Positions 14,184-22,874 of a stretch of DNA of 37,662 nt are shown here, in pieces. Numbering within the stretch: the first letter of the stretch is position 1; each line of letters begins with the position of its first letter. The stretch comes from a virus: IMG/VR virus record IMGVR_UViG_3300009095_000035, positions 1 to 37,662 of that record, one strand, 5' to 3'. The position numbers and the translations under genes were made by a program. Under the pieces are notes generated by a model that was not told where the DNA came from, made no database searches, and worked only from the letters and a program-made list of their open reading frames with translations.

Positions 14184-16367
14184 TTATGGCCAGGTATACG
14201 ACTGACGATAAGGTACGCACGCATTAAGCTGGCACGTGGATGGCGCGGCACTAGATTCAGGGTTTGGGCGATAGACTAGGGAGCCCGATGACGTCACCGT
14301 CCAAAGCCCGAACTTGCCTGACACATCAGGGTTGGAGGCAAAGTTAACGCCTGTGATGGGCGGAAAGTCTGCCGGTGGCACGGTGGCAACCGTGATTTGG
14401 GCGGCAGGGACGGTCAGGGTATCCATATTCAACTCAACCGTGCCTTCACGAATTCGATACGCGCACATCTGCCCCGCGAGGTTTGACCGATTCTTCAAGC
14501 TGGTAGCGCTAATGTCCAAAACCTTCCACATTGGATCAGACAAGATCGCCTGTTTTTTTGAAGTGCATGACAGTCCCAGTCGTTGTGCCAACGTTTCCGC
14601 GACCAGTCGGTGGCCGACCTCTTCAGGGTGAACACCAGACGACAGGTTTCGGGCTACACGCTCAGCTTCGGTGTACTGAGCGCCGCTTACCGTCCACAGC
14701 TGTTCGACATCGATAAAGATTGCCCCTGGAATGGAGGCCGCCCCACGACGCAGCGAAGCTCTTAAGCCGTGGCTATAAGGTTGATTGAAAAGAAAATCAA
14801 TGAACACCACGCGCGTACGATTAGTAGCCGCTGCTGCGATGATCCAGTCGATACGCTGATCAAAGGCGACTTGAGCCGCGGCGTCGTAGCCGGATATGTC
14901 GTTCGTGCCGAGCGCCCAAATGAATGCGTAGCAGCCAGCGGTTGTCTTGTTGATGACATCTTGAGAGACATAGCGGCCGGATCGACCGTCGCGGCTAAAG
15001 TTGTGGACCCTGAGCGAATTTCCGGTGGCGTCATTCGTGAACTCAAGGCCACTCATTCGGATAACTCCAGACTTGCAACGCAGGGTGAAATTAACCACCC
15101 CTTGATTACCAGCAGTCGTTGCCGCTTGTGCGGTGGTCAAATCCACAGATGCGCTGCGATCACTGCCCGTACCGGTGCCGTTGGTTGCAATCGTCAGGAC
15201 GACAACCCCGCCGATCACTACTTCTATCTCGCCCGTAACCGTGCCGTCATACCAAACAGTCATAACACGCTGGCTCAGCGGGGCCTTAAGATTTTGCGTA
15301 CTGCCCACAACGGAAGATTGCAGCGCATAGCCGAAAGGTATGTGCGCAGCAGCGGCATCAACTACCGAGGTCCATGTACCGGTTTGACTGGCGGCGTTCT
15401 GAAAATACTGCAGATAGGTGCCATCGGCGTTTGAGGATTGAGCAATAACATTCAGCGCGCCGATATTGTCAGTGCCGAATTCGATGTTCAGCATCTTTTT
15501 CAGAATTCCCACATAACTGTCGCGCTCGATGTTCTGGCAGTTTGCGCCAAAGCTGATCGAGTCACCCAAAACGTTAAGGCAACGCACTGACCAAGGGTTT
15601 TGCGCGAGAAGGAAGCCGTTTACCGATGAGTGAGATTTAGTTGGCCCTATTTCAAGCTTACTAATGTCCGCCTCTATTTCTGTAACCCGACCTTCCGAGG
15701 CTTCAATGTCTTGAGCATCTTGAAGCAAGGCATCTCTAACAGTTCCTCCGTTGTGGCCAATGCCGGCCGATCCAAGCAGCGGATCTTCTTTTATGGCAAG
15801 GCTCTGCACGTTCCGGGCAACTCCATTTGGATAGACGTATACGACGTTTGCCGCGTTGTTAATTGGCCCCTGCCCCGTGGCAAGAATACTTTGCACGTAG
15901 TCCAGCACGTCCTGCCAGTTGGTGGCGGCGGCAGGATTTCCAGCGGCAGAGGCAAGATCAATCAGGCCGTTACCCTTCGCCCGATAGAAGCCAGCCCCAT
16001 CTATATCGTTCACGCCCAAAACGGGAGAGCGGCTGGTGGTGGTGAGCAATTGTTTGAGTGCCTGCCAGATTCGATCAAAGTCCCTGTTTACGGTCGAGGC
16101 AAGGAAATCACCGTTTTCCTGATAGTCCACCAGCCGCTGAAATGGGACTTCCAAAACAAGATAGAGATCGCCTGTAGGCGGGATGAAGAAAGTAATCGAA
16201 CTGGTTGGCAGACCAACACCTGCTTGGATGTAGCCGGAGGCTTGCAAAACACCATTGAGGTAGACCTTGAGGTCGCCGGCTTCGATCACCAGGAACGGCA
16301 CGGGATAGATGGTGGTGACGCCGTTCGCGGCATAGCGCTTTTCGGTTGGCCCTGGCTGGACAGACAT
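14184..16367 (-). CDS. Tailspike / tail fibre: T7 gp17-like N-terminal adaptor domain plus SGNH/GDSL esterase domain
   Basis: The N-terminus ...YAANGVTTIYPVPFLVIEAGDLKVYLNG...FQRLVDYQENGDFLASTVNRDFDRIWQALKQL follows the T7 tail-fibre N-terminal pattern. SGNH blocks: LNVLGDSISFG, WALGTNDI and SSGVHPEEVGHRLVA. Confidence 0.8.
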   Translation of the reverse strand: MSVQPGPTEKRYAANGVTTIYPVPFLVIEAGDLKVYLNGVLQASGYIQAGVGLPTSSITFFIPPTGDLYLVLEVPFQRLVDYQENGDFLASTVNRDFDRIWQALKQLLTTTSRSPVLGVNDIDGAGFYRAKGNGLIDLASAAGNPAAATNWQDVLDYVQSILATGQGPINNAANVVYVYPNGVARNVQSLAIKEDPLLGSAGIGHNGGTVRDALLQDAQDIEASEGRVTEIEADISKLEIGPTKSHSSVNGFLLAQNPWSVRCLNVLGDSISFGANCQNIERDSYVGILKKMLNIEFGTDNIGALNVIAQSSNADGTYLQYFQNAASQTGTWTSVVDAAAAHIPFGYALQSSVVGSTQNLKAPLSQRVMTVWYDGTVTGEIEVVIGGVVVLTIATNGTGTGSDRSASVDLTTAQAATTAGNQGVVNFTLRCKSGVIRMSGLEFTNDATGNSLRVHNFSRDGRSGRYVSQDVINKTTAGCYAFIWALGTNDISGYDAAAQVAFDQRIDWIIAAAATNRTRVVFIDFLFNQPYSHGLRASLRRGAASIPGAIFIDVEQLWTVSGAQYTEAERVARNLSSGVHPEEVGHRLVAETLAQRLGLSCTSKKQAILSDPMWKVLDISATSLKNRSNLAGQMCAYRIREGTVELNMDTLTVPAAQITVATVPPADFPPITGVNFASNPDVSGKFGLWTVTSSGSLVYRPNPESSAAPSTCQLNACVPYRQSYTWP

Positions 16368-16394
16368 GTGTAGACCCCTTGGTGGCGGCGGGCC

Positions 16395-18020
16395 CTAGTA
16401 TTCAACCTGCACGTCGTGCACGCCCGCATCTGGGCGCCAATCGTCACGCCGAGTCTCTGTCGGTTTCCCGACTATTCGGCCGATGCGAACAGGGGTAGAG
16501 CTGATTGCGCCGGCGCCGGAGTCGATGTAGTCATCGTCCTGATTGGTGAGCGCAGGGTTGAAGTCGCGCATCTGGTCCCAGATGGTGTGCAGCACGTCGA
16601 CGTGAGCCCACAGAAACCGCGCAGACAGGGGGGACTCGAAGGCGTCAAGAATGCGTTTCTGCTTGTTGGTGCTGGAGTGTTCTTCCCCTACCCCGCACCC
16701 TGTGCCCTTCAGCGCCTGCTTGAGGATTGAGGGAGCGAACCCGCCCGGCCCGTTGGTCTCAATGATCACGCGGGGGATCTGGAACTTGACCACCAGCTCA
16801 CGGATTTGATGCACCTGGCCACCGGTGATCCGATCCCGTTCATCGAACTCAGCAATTTCTCCCTCAAGGCCTGCCGCGACGTGCCAGTAGAGTTGTCCAC
16901 GCGCGTCAGTCAGCAGCAGCGAAAAGGCAGAGGCGTCCGATTTGATCTTGCCCAGCGAGCAGTCCCAGTAAGCGACGGCGCCGACGATCTGCGTGGCGCC
17001 CAAGAACATAGCGGCTGCGCCGTTGGCATAGCGCATGGTGGGTTGAACGTTATAGGGGATGATGCGCGCAGGGTCCAAACGAACCTCCGTGACGGGCTTT
17101 GAGTGGAGCTGGTACTGCGAATCCCATTCGTTGATGGTTTTGGTTTCTTTGCGGCGCTGGGCCAGCTCTTCCATGTTGAAGCGTTCAGGCCAGGCGCTGC
17201 CGGCGTAGCAGTCCACAAGCGTTCCAGGAGGGGCGAAGAACGCAATGCCGGTCTTTGTCAGCTGGTAGTCAGTTCCCAGCACCAGCACCCGCGCATGCTT
17301 GCCGATACCGGAAAACACCACGTCCGGCACGAAAGGCAGATCGTAAGCATTGAGCTTTGCCTCGGTAATCCGGTGTTCCTGGGCAAACATGCGGATGGTC
17401 AGGCAGTCGGCGCCAAGTGATTCAATCTCGTCGTAGAGGCTGTCATGGGTGTGCGGGGTACCAATGAACAGGCGGTATGCTCCGGGCACCATGATGTGGA
17501 TCTGCTCCCCCAGGCGGTAGCGCATCTTCTCCCGCGCTTCCGGGGTAGCGATGTTGCCGGGCACCTCAACATCATCGTTCTGGCATTCGTCCGCGCGCGC
17601 AGAGGTGACGTTGGAGAGGATGCCCCGCGCGTACATGCTGGCGTTCCGGCTGTCCACGGCGCCATATACCCACCACGATTCGGTACCGGACTGCGCTGTG
17701 GCCAGCAGATGCCGGGTAAGCGGGTGGTTGCGGATAACGTTCTGCGTGTCGCGACTGGTCTTGTACGCCGTTGGGTTAGATTCCGACTGGTGCAGGATTC
17801 GATAGGTGGGGTCTTTGTAGTAGCGCCAGGCGTTGTACACGGCCAGCAAAGTCGACTTACCAAACCCTCGAAAACAGCGCAGCACCGCGAGACGATCGCG
17901 GTGCTCCAGCCAATAAAGCGCACGGACGTGAATGTCCGGCACCTCCCACCGCATGCGCTTCGCCCAAATCAGGAAAAAGACCAGCAGCGATACTTTCGGT
18001 GACTCTTGGTCAGTGGACAT
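16395..18020 (-). CDS. terL: Terminase large subunit
   Basis: 541 aa with Walker A CFRGFGKST. T7 gp19-like position after TerS, with an 11-nt overlap with the TerS gene. Confidence 0.85.
   Translation of the reverse strand: MSTDQESPKVSLLVFFLIWAKRMRWEVPDIHVRALYWLEHRDRLAVLRCFRGFGKSTLLAVYNAWRYYKDPTYRILHQSESNPTAYKTSRDTQNVIRNHPLTRHLLATAQSGTESWWVYGAVDSRNASMYARGILSNVTSARADECQNDDVEVPGNIATPEAREKMRYRLGEQIHIMVPGAYRLFIGTPHTHDSLYDEIESLGADCLTIRMFAQEHRITEAKLNAYDLPFVPDVVFSGIGKHARVLVLGTDYQLTKTGIAFFAPPGTLVDCYAGSAWPERFNMEELAQRRKETKTINEWDSQYQLHSKPVTEVRLDPARIIPYNVQPTMRYANGAAAMFLGATQIVGAVAYWDCSLGKIKSDASAFSLLLTDARGQLYWHVAAGLEGEIAEFDERDRITGGQVHQIRELVVKFQIPRVIIETNGPGGFAPSILKQALKGTGCGVGEEHSSTNKQKRILDAFESPLSARFLWAHVDVLHTIWDQMRDFNPALTNQDDDYIDSGAGAISSTPVRIGRIVGKPTETRRDDWRPDAGVHDVQVEY
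16458..16477 (-). promoter_or_regulatory. Late element copy 5 (inside the 3' end of terL, about 90 nt upstream of the tailspike start)
   Basis: Plus strand TGTCGGTTTCCCGACTATTC. Sense strand GAATAGTCGG-GAAA-CCGACA. Confidence 0.6.
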
Positions 18021-18348
18021 TGGCGCCCTTGCTCGCCCGCTCCAGCAGCGCCATGGCCTGGGATTCGGCCTGCCTTACCTCGTCGTCCAGTTCTTTGGCT
18101 GGGTCGTCTGTGCCGCCGTCGGCGCCGTTGCGTGCCAGCATGCCGGTAATGCTCATCACCTTGACCAGCAACGTCATGGTGGCGGCTGCGTTCTTCTTCG
18201 ACCAATAACGGTTGCCCCGCTCTTCCTGGGTCAGTTCGGCGGCGGTCTTGCCAGCGCCTGGCCAAGTCGATGTATCAGCCTCGCTGATCACCACGTCGGC
18301 CAAGCCTTCGGACAGAACCTGCATTTTGGCTATCTGATCCAATCGCAT
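18010..18348 (-). CDS. Terminase small subunit (by position)
   Basis: 112 aa starting at the ATG at 18348, which is ATGA-coupled to the upstream ejection-protein gene. It overlaps the terL start. Same order as T7 gp18 then gp19. Confidence 0.55.
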   Translation of the reverse strand: MRLDQIAKMQVLSEGLADVVISEADTSTWPGAGKTAAELTQEERGNRYWSKKNAAATMTLLVKVMSITGMLARNGADGGTDDPAKELDDEVRQAESQAMALLERASKGANVH

Positions 18349-20888
18349 CACTTCACCCCCACGGCAGCGCCAAGATTTGGGGCGCGATCTGGCGTTGTGT
18401 CGCCCGGCTCCCACCAGTACGACTGTTTAAATTCCTTGCGGGCGCGTTGCTTCATGCGGCGCAGGTAGCCCGGTGAGAAGTAATCCTGCAGTTGGTTGAA
18501 GATCAGGTGATCGGTGGCGGCCTTGGTGTACCAGAGGTTCGCGCCGGGTAAATGGCTCTTGGCCAGGCGCACCAGCTTGCCGCCGGTTTGGTTGACCTCG
18601 CCGTCTGCGGCGTTGTCTTTCAATTTGAAGATCGATTCCACGTCGCCAGCGATGGGGCCACCCAGGGCCGCAAGCGGAGAGCTGCCGCCCTGCGATGTGT
18701 CGGAGAACAGGAAGTCGCCGTAGAGGCCCATGGCGCCACCCTTGAGGAAGGAGGCCAGCCCGAAGCGCAAGCCGGGAACGCCCCATTTCTTATCATCGGT
18801 GATGTCCTTCGGATCGCGCCCGGATGCAATCTCGCCAAGCTGGATTGCCATGCCCCCCAGCACGGTGGTGGACGCAACCAAGGCAGCCAGATAGCCAGCC
18901 TTGCCCCAGCCTTCCTGGGCCATGCCGCGCGCGCCGTGGCGCATGATCATGCCAATGGAGAAGCTTTTGAACTGCCAGAACGAGCGCACAAGCTCACCCT
19001 TGACGGTGCCGCGCTCAACGCCGCCATGCATCATTGCCTTCTCGCGGGAACCCGGTTCAATGATCGCCATGTTGGTCTCATCCAGCACGGTGCCCAGCAG
19101 CTTGGTGGCGGCCTGATCCTTGAGGCGCTGCGGGGTTGTCTTGAGTTGCTGAGCGAGTTGCACCAGGTCAGCGTTGGGGATCCGGTAGATGCTGTTCGCG
19201 GTCAACACGGTGTCGCCCACGCCGCGCCAGTCTTCCGGCTGGGCCATGCGCCAAACAGACCAGTCCGTCTCGGTTACGCCCTGCCCCATCAAACGCTTGC
19301 TGTCGGCCGGGTCCATGGCTGACAGGGAGTCATGCCGACGGGACATATCGCCGATGGTGTCCAGCATGGTGGCGCCGAACGCGCGCTGGGAACCTGCGGT
19401 CAAGGCGTTGAGGCCGGACGCCTGCATGACCTTGCTGGCAGCGGTCTGGGAGAACTTGGCGATACGGCCCGCGATTTGCTCATTCGTTCCCAAGCCATCG
19501 GCACCAAAGCGGTTCAGGCTGCCAATCAGTTGGTTCAGGCCCAGGCCCGCGCGCTGCGCCAAACGTCGATCAGCAGCGCTGGCTGGGTTAAGCATGCGTA
19601 TCTCGTTGGCAAACACCTTCATCACCGGCATACCGTTCATGGACGCGGTAAGGCCCAGCGTTCCCTGGTCGGTGACCGAAGTCAGGACGGCGGACCCCAG
19701 GCGGCTGGCAACGTTGAGCGCGCGGTACGTGTCGAAGCCGTTGGCCAGGGCGGCAGACACCGGCGGCTCACGCGTGCCGGCGACTTCCTCAAACAGATGC
19801 TCAACCTTGCGGCGCTGTTTGGCGGTCTTGACGGAATCGGTCGGCCGGGCCGTGTCGGTTGCCTTCTGCCCTGCATCCAGGAAGTAACGCATTTGGTTGC
19901 TGGGGTTGGGGCCCAGCGTTTCCACCAGAGCAATATCCCGCGATGCCCGGTCAATATGGCCGATCAGCAGTTCCAGCAAGTTGCGGTCGCCGTACGACTT
20001 CTGTGCCGCGATAAAACTTTCGGCGTCCTTGTAGTGGATCTGGCGTGACTCGCTCCCACGATTCGCACGCATGCCGTTGCCTGCGGCCTGGCCTGGCTCC
20101 AGCTTGTTGGTGCCACCGGTGGCCAACGTCGTCCAGGCATGCCCGAGAAAGTCGGTGAGCTCGGCGTCATTCATCGGCGTACCGTCTTCCTTGAGGTACT
20201 TGCTACGGTTCGCCCACTGCATATGGTCGGCCACCCACTTGGCCTGATCCCTGGCAACCTTCACTTGCGAGTGGTCGCGCGGCATAGACCAGTCATCCAG
20301 GAAGCCCACGTCGCCGCCGGCGCGGTTGAATCGCTGGCGCAGTTGCTCAGCAGTGTCCTTGAACTGTTTGGCGGCGGTCTTGGCGACCGCGTTGCCGGAG
20401 TCCTCTCCATGCAGCTCGCGCACCAGGGCCAAGTTGCCGGCCTCATCTTGAAACAGGCCCAGGAACTTGCCTTTGGTTTGGTCGATCACGTCAAGCATGC
20501 GGCTGACGGAGTCGTCGCGGATCGCGCGTGTAGCCGATTCAATGGACTGGATGCCGCTCTTGCCGTCGCTGGAGAACGCCAACAGTCGGTCGAGCCCCTC
20601 AAGTGGGCGATCCGGAAAGCGCTGCATGTAGCTGTCGATGCGGTCATGGGCAAGGATGGTCAGCGCCACGCGCTTTTTCTTGAGGTCAGCTTCGGCCACC
20701 AGATCCTTGGCGGACTTGGCAGCGGCTTCGTTCAGTCGGTCGGCGGCGGTCTTGGATTGCCAGGTGTTATCGGTCTGCGCCAGTTGCTTCATGTTGCGGC
20801 GCACGCGGTTCTCGATGCCCTGGATTTCCTGCTGGTTGAGGGAACGGCCGATGGCCTGGGTGACGGCTTGGATGCATTCGGGGCGCAT
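18348..20888 (-). CDS. Internal virion / DNA-ejection protein (gp16-like position, 846 aa)
   Basis: Large ORF in the ejectosome block. The C-terminal part has Gly-rich hydrophobic helices (GYLAALVASTTVLGGMAIQLGEI). Confidence 0.65.
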   Translation of the reverse strand: MRPECIQAVTQAIGRSLNQQEIQGIENRVRRNMKQLAQTDNTWQSKTAADRLNEAAAKSAKDLVAEADLKKKRVALTILAHDRIDSYMQRFPDRPLEGLDRLLAFSSDGKSGIQSIESATRAIRDDSVSRMLDVIDQTKGKFLGLFQDEAGNLALVRELHGEDSGNAVAKTAAKQFKDTAEQLRQRFNRAGGDVGFLDDWSMPRDHSQVKVARDQAKWVADHMQWANRSKYLKEDGTPMNDAELTDFLGHAWTTLATGGTNKLEPGQAAGNGMRANRGSESRQIHYKDAESFIAAQKSYGDRNLLELLIGHIDRASRDIALVETLGPNPSNQMRYFLDAGQKATDTARPTDSVKTAKQRRKVEHLFEEVAGTREPPVSAALANGFDTYRALNVASRLGSAVLTSVTDQGTLGLTASMNGMPVMKVFANEIRMLNPASAADRRLAQRAGLGLNQLIGSLNRFGADGLGTNEQIAGRIAKFSQTAASKVMQASGLNALTAGSQRAFGATMLDTIGDMSRRHDSLSAMDPADSKRLMGQGVTETDWSVWRMAQPEDWRGVGDTVLTANSIYRIPNADLVQLAQQLKTTPQRLKDQAATKLLGTVLDETNMAIIEPGSREKAMMHGGVERGTVKGELVRSFWQFKSFSIGMIMRHGARGMAQEGWGKAGYLAALVASTTVLGGMAIQLGEIASGRDPKDITDDKKWGVPGLRFGLASFLKGGAMGLYGDFLFSDTSQGGSSPLAALGGPIAGDVESIFKLKDNAADGEVNQTGGKLVRLAKSHLPGANLWYTKAATDHLIFNQLQDYFSPGYLRRMKQRARKEFKQSYWWEPGDTTPDRAPNLGAAVGVK

Positions 20889-20889
20889 G

Positions 20890-20919
20890 GGCTTGCTCCT
20901 GATTGGATGGGAGCAAGCC
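20890..20919 (-). promoter_or_regulatory. 10-bp hairpin sequestering the Shine-Dalgarno sequence of the 846-aa gene
   Basis: Sense strand GGCTTGCTCC-CATCCAATCA-GGAGCAAGCC-CATG. The GGAG of the ribosome-binding site forms the 3' arm of the stem. Confidence 0.55.
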
Positions 20920-20933
20920 TATGGTTCAGCGGT

Positions 20934-20953
20934 AGACGGTTTCCCGACTATTT
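20934..20953 (-). promoter_or_regulatory. Late element copy 4 (overlaps the stop of the 640-aa gene)
   Basis: Plus strand AGACGGTTTCCCGACTATTT. Sense strand AAATAGTCGG-GAAA-CCGTCT, with two substitutions in the distal stem arm. Confidence 0.55.
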
Positions 20954-22874
20954 AGAGACCGCGTTGCAGGAAGCAAGCGGCAGCAGCGGCGAAGCCTTTG
21001 GCGTCCTGCTGAGCCCTGACTATATCGGCGTCGGTACTGGCGAGCAGTTCCCGGGCTGACACGGTGATGGGGTTGCCGTCGGCGTCCATGGCGCCGGTGG
21101 AAATGCGCATGTCCTCGATGCGGGATAGGATTTCGTCAGCAACCTGCACAACCGGGTCGGCGGCGGAAGATTCGCCGGCAGACTGTGTTGCATCTTTTGG
21201 GGTGGATGTTGCATTTTCCGGCGCCGATGTAACGGTTTTGGCCTGTTGTGTCGCATTTTTTCCGGGCTTTGTTGCATCAGAGACCGCTTTTGTCGCATCG
21301 AGTGGCCGGCCGATATCCAGTGGTTTGGCCTGCAGCGTCGGATCGGCGCGCTCAATGTCGTCAAGGATGCGGGTGATTTCCTGGCGCGCGATCTGGGCGA
21401 TGGACAACTTGGTATTGGCCTCGGCTACACCGGCAGACAGGGGGTTCTTATCGAAGCCATTAACGATGCTGTCGGCGCGCTGGCTGATGCGGTCTTGAAA
21501 GCGCTGCGGCACTTCACCACGGTCCATGGCATTCAAGTCTGCACGGGCTTGCTCGGCACTGCGATTACCGCCCAAGGCTTCGTTGAGTGATGCCTGCCGG
21601 TCGGACAGGTCCAAGCGCTCCGCCTCAATTGCCTGGCGTGCGGACGACTCGGCCTGTTTGCGGCCCTGCCCCTGCTGCTGGAATTCCTTGGCGCGAGCCT
21701 TGAACGTGTCGTCCAGCGCCGCAAGGTTTTGCGCCACGGTAGATAGTTCGGCCTTCACATCCTTGACGTTCGGCAAGATGCCGGCGGCTTCCTGCTCCAG
21801 TTCGACGCGCAACTTTGGCTCAAGGTCTTGGCGGGCGGTTGCTAAGGCCACATCGGGCGCAGGCTTCATTGTGGGAGCGGGATCAGCCTCGCGCAGGAAC
21901 TTTGCCGAATGGATGCTATCCGGCAGCACGATTGGCTCGCCGCGCTGCAGTTGATCGATAACCGTGCGGATAGCATCCTGGTGGGCCACGGCGGACTTTG
22001 GATCGATCGGCGCGCCTGGCGCGGTGTCGATATCGGCATGTTGATTGGTGCGCTCAGTGAGTGCCGCGTCGACCTGCCTTGTTGTCGGGCGACGGAAGTT
22101 GGCGCGGCCAAGACCGAAGAAAGCCAGGCCCATGATCGCGTCCGTGGCGAGCGCGGTGCCGTCCATGACTTTGTACTGTGCTGCCTGACTGTGATAGCCA
22201 TTGCTCTCCAGCAGCGCTGCGGTAGCGCCGCGACCAGCCATGCCCAGGCCGACGTTGGCACCGACAGCGGCGGCGGCATCGCCCAGGATCGGCTTGACGA
22301 TTCTGGCGGCGGGCAGAACAACCCCAAGGCCAACCGTTGCAGCATCAATCAGCCCCTTTTTGGTCGCGGTGGATTCGTCCAAGCCTTCGGCAACGCCCAC
22401 CTGCTTGCTGGAAAATCCAGCAGGGGCACCAGCAGCCAGTGCCGCACCGACCGGGCCGGCAGCAACCGCGCCAGCAACGGTGCGCGGCAAGACCGCCGCG
22501 GCTTCGCCCAGGATCTGCCCGACCAGGCCAACCTCTGTCGGGTCTGGTCGTAAGTCCATGACCGACTTGGCGGTTGCCTCGCCGATGTCGCGCGCCTGGG
22601 TCTCGCGGAACTGCTGCTGATCTGCCAGCTGCCCATCATCAGGGCCGTATGACGAACCAATGGCCAGGTCAGATTCAACCGCCAGGCTGCCGAGTTGTAG
22701 CGCCGTGGACTGAACGGTGCGCCCGCCCTCGATGGCGCCACGCAGCAGGTTAGGGCCAATGGTGCTAAGCGAGCCGGTAAACACGCCAGGCGCGAGCTTG
22801 TCGGCTGTTCGGTCAAGGCGCTGGTCCTGACTGCGCGCCTCATTGTCCTCGATCATCCCGTCTAGCCAGCTCAT
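20952..22874 (-). CDS. Internal virion / ejection protein (640 aa)
   Basis: The N-terminal third is Ala/Gly-rich with hydrophobic helices. A central coiled coil follows, and a degenerate (D/N)AT(K/Q/S) repeat lies near the C-terminus. Overlaps the upstream gene by 4 nt. Confidence 0.65.
   Translation of the reverse strand: MSWLDGMIEDNEARSQDQRLDRTADKLAPGVFTGSLSTIGPNLLRGAIEGGRTVQSTALQLGSLAVESDLAIGSSYGPDDGQLADQQQFRETQARDIGEATAKSVMDLRPDPTEVGLVGQILGEAAAVLPRTVAGAVAAGPVGAALAAGAPAGFSSKQVGVAEGLDESTATKKGLIDAATVGLGVVLPAARIVKPILGDAAAAVGANVGLGMAGRGATAALLESNGYHSQAAQYKVMDGTALATDAIMGLAFFGLGRANFRRPTTRQVDAALTERTNQHADIDTAPGAPIDPKSAVAHQDAIRTVIDQLQRGEPIVLPDSIHSAKFLREADPAPTMKPAPDVALATARQDLEPKLRVELEQEAAGILPNVKDVKAELSTVAQNLAALDDTFKARAKEFQQQGQGRKQAESSARQAIEAERLDLSDRQASLNEALGGNRSAEQARADLNAMDRGEVPQRFQDRISQRADSIVNGFDKNPLSAGVAEANTKLSIAQIARQEITRILDDIERADPTLQAKPLDIGRPLDATKAVSDATKPGKNATQQAKTVTSAPENATSTPKDATQSAGESSAADPVVQVADEILSRIEDMRISTGAMDADGNPITVSARELLASTDADIVRAQQDAKGFAAAAACFLQRGL

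Noticed and set aside
12956-14251. The full 431-aa track ORF for the secreted protein.
   Set aside because: The first 44 codons overlap the 3' end of the tailspike gene and encode an Arg-rich sequence. The internal ATG at 14119 gives a canonical signal peptide.
18348-20888. Local resemblance of the 846-aa virion protein to T7 RNAP motifs. LAFSSDGKSGIQSIESA resembles LAFDGSCSGIQHFSA (motif A). The protein also contains HDS and DWRG strings.
   Set aside because: The matches are short and not collinear with the T7 RNAP motif order: DWRG lies after HDS, and the spacing is wrong. No R-x3-K-x7-YG motif B is present. The C-terminal part looks like a membrane-inserting ejection protein. A profile search would still be worthwhile given the unexplained late element.
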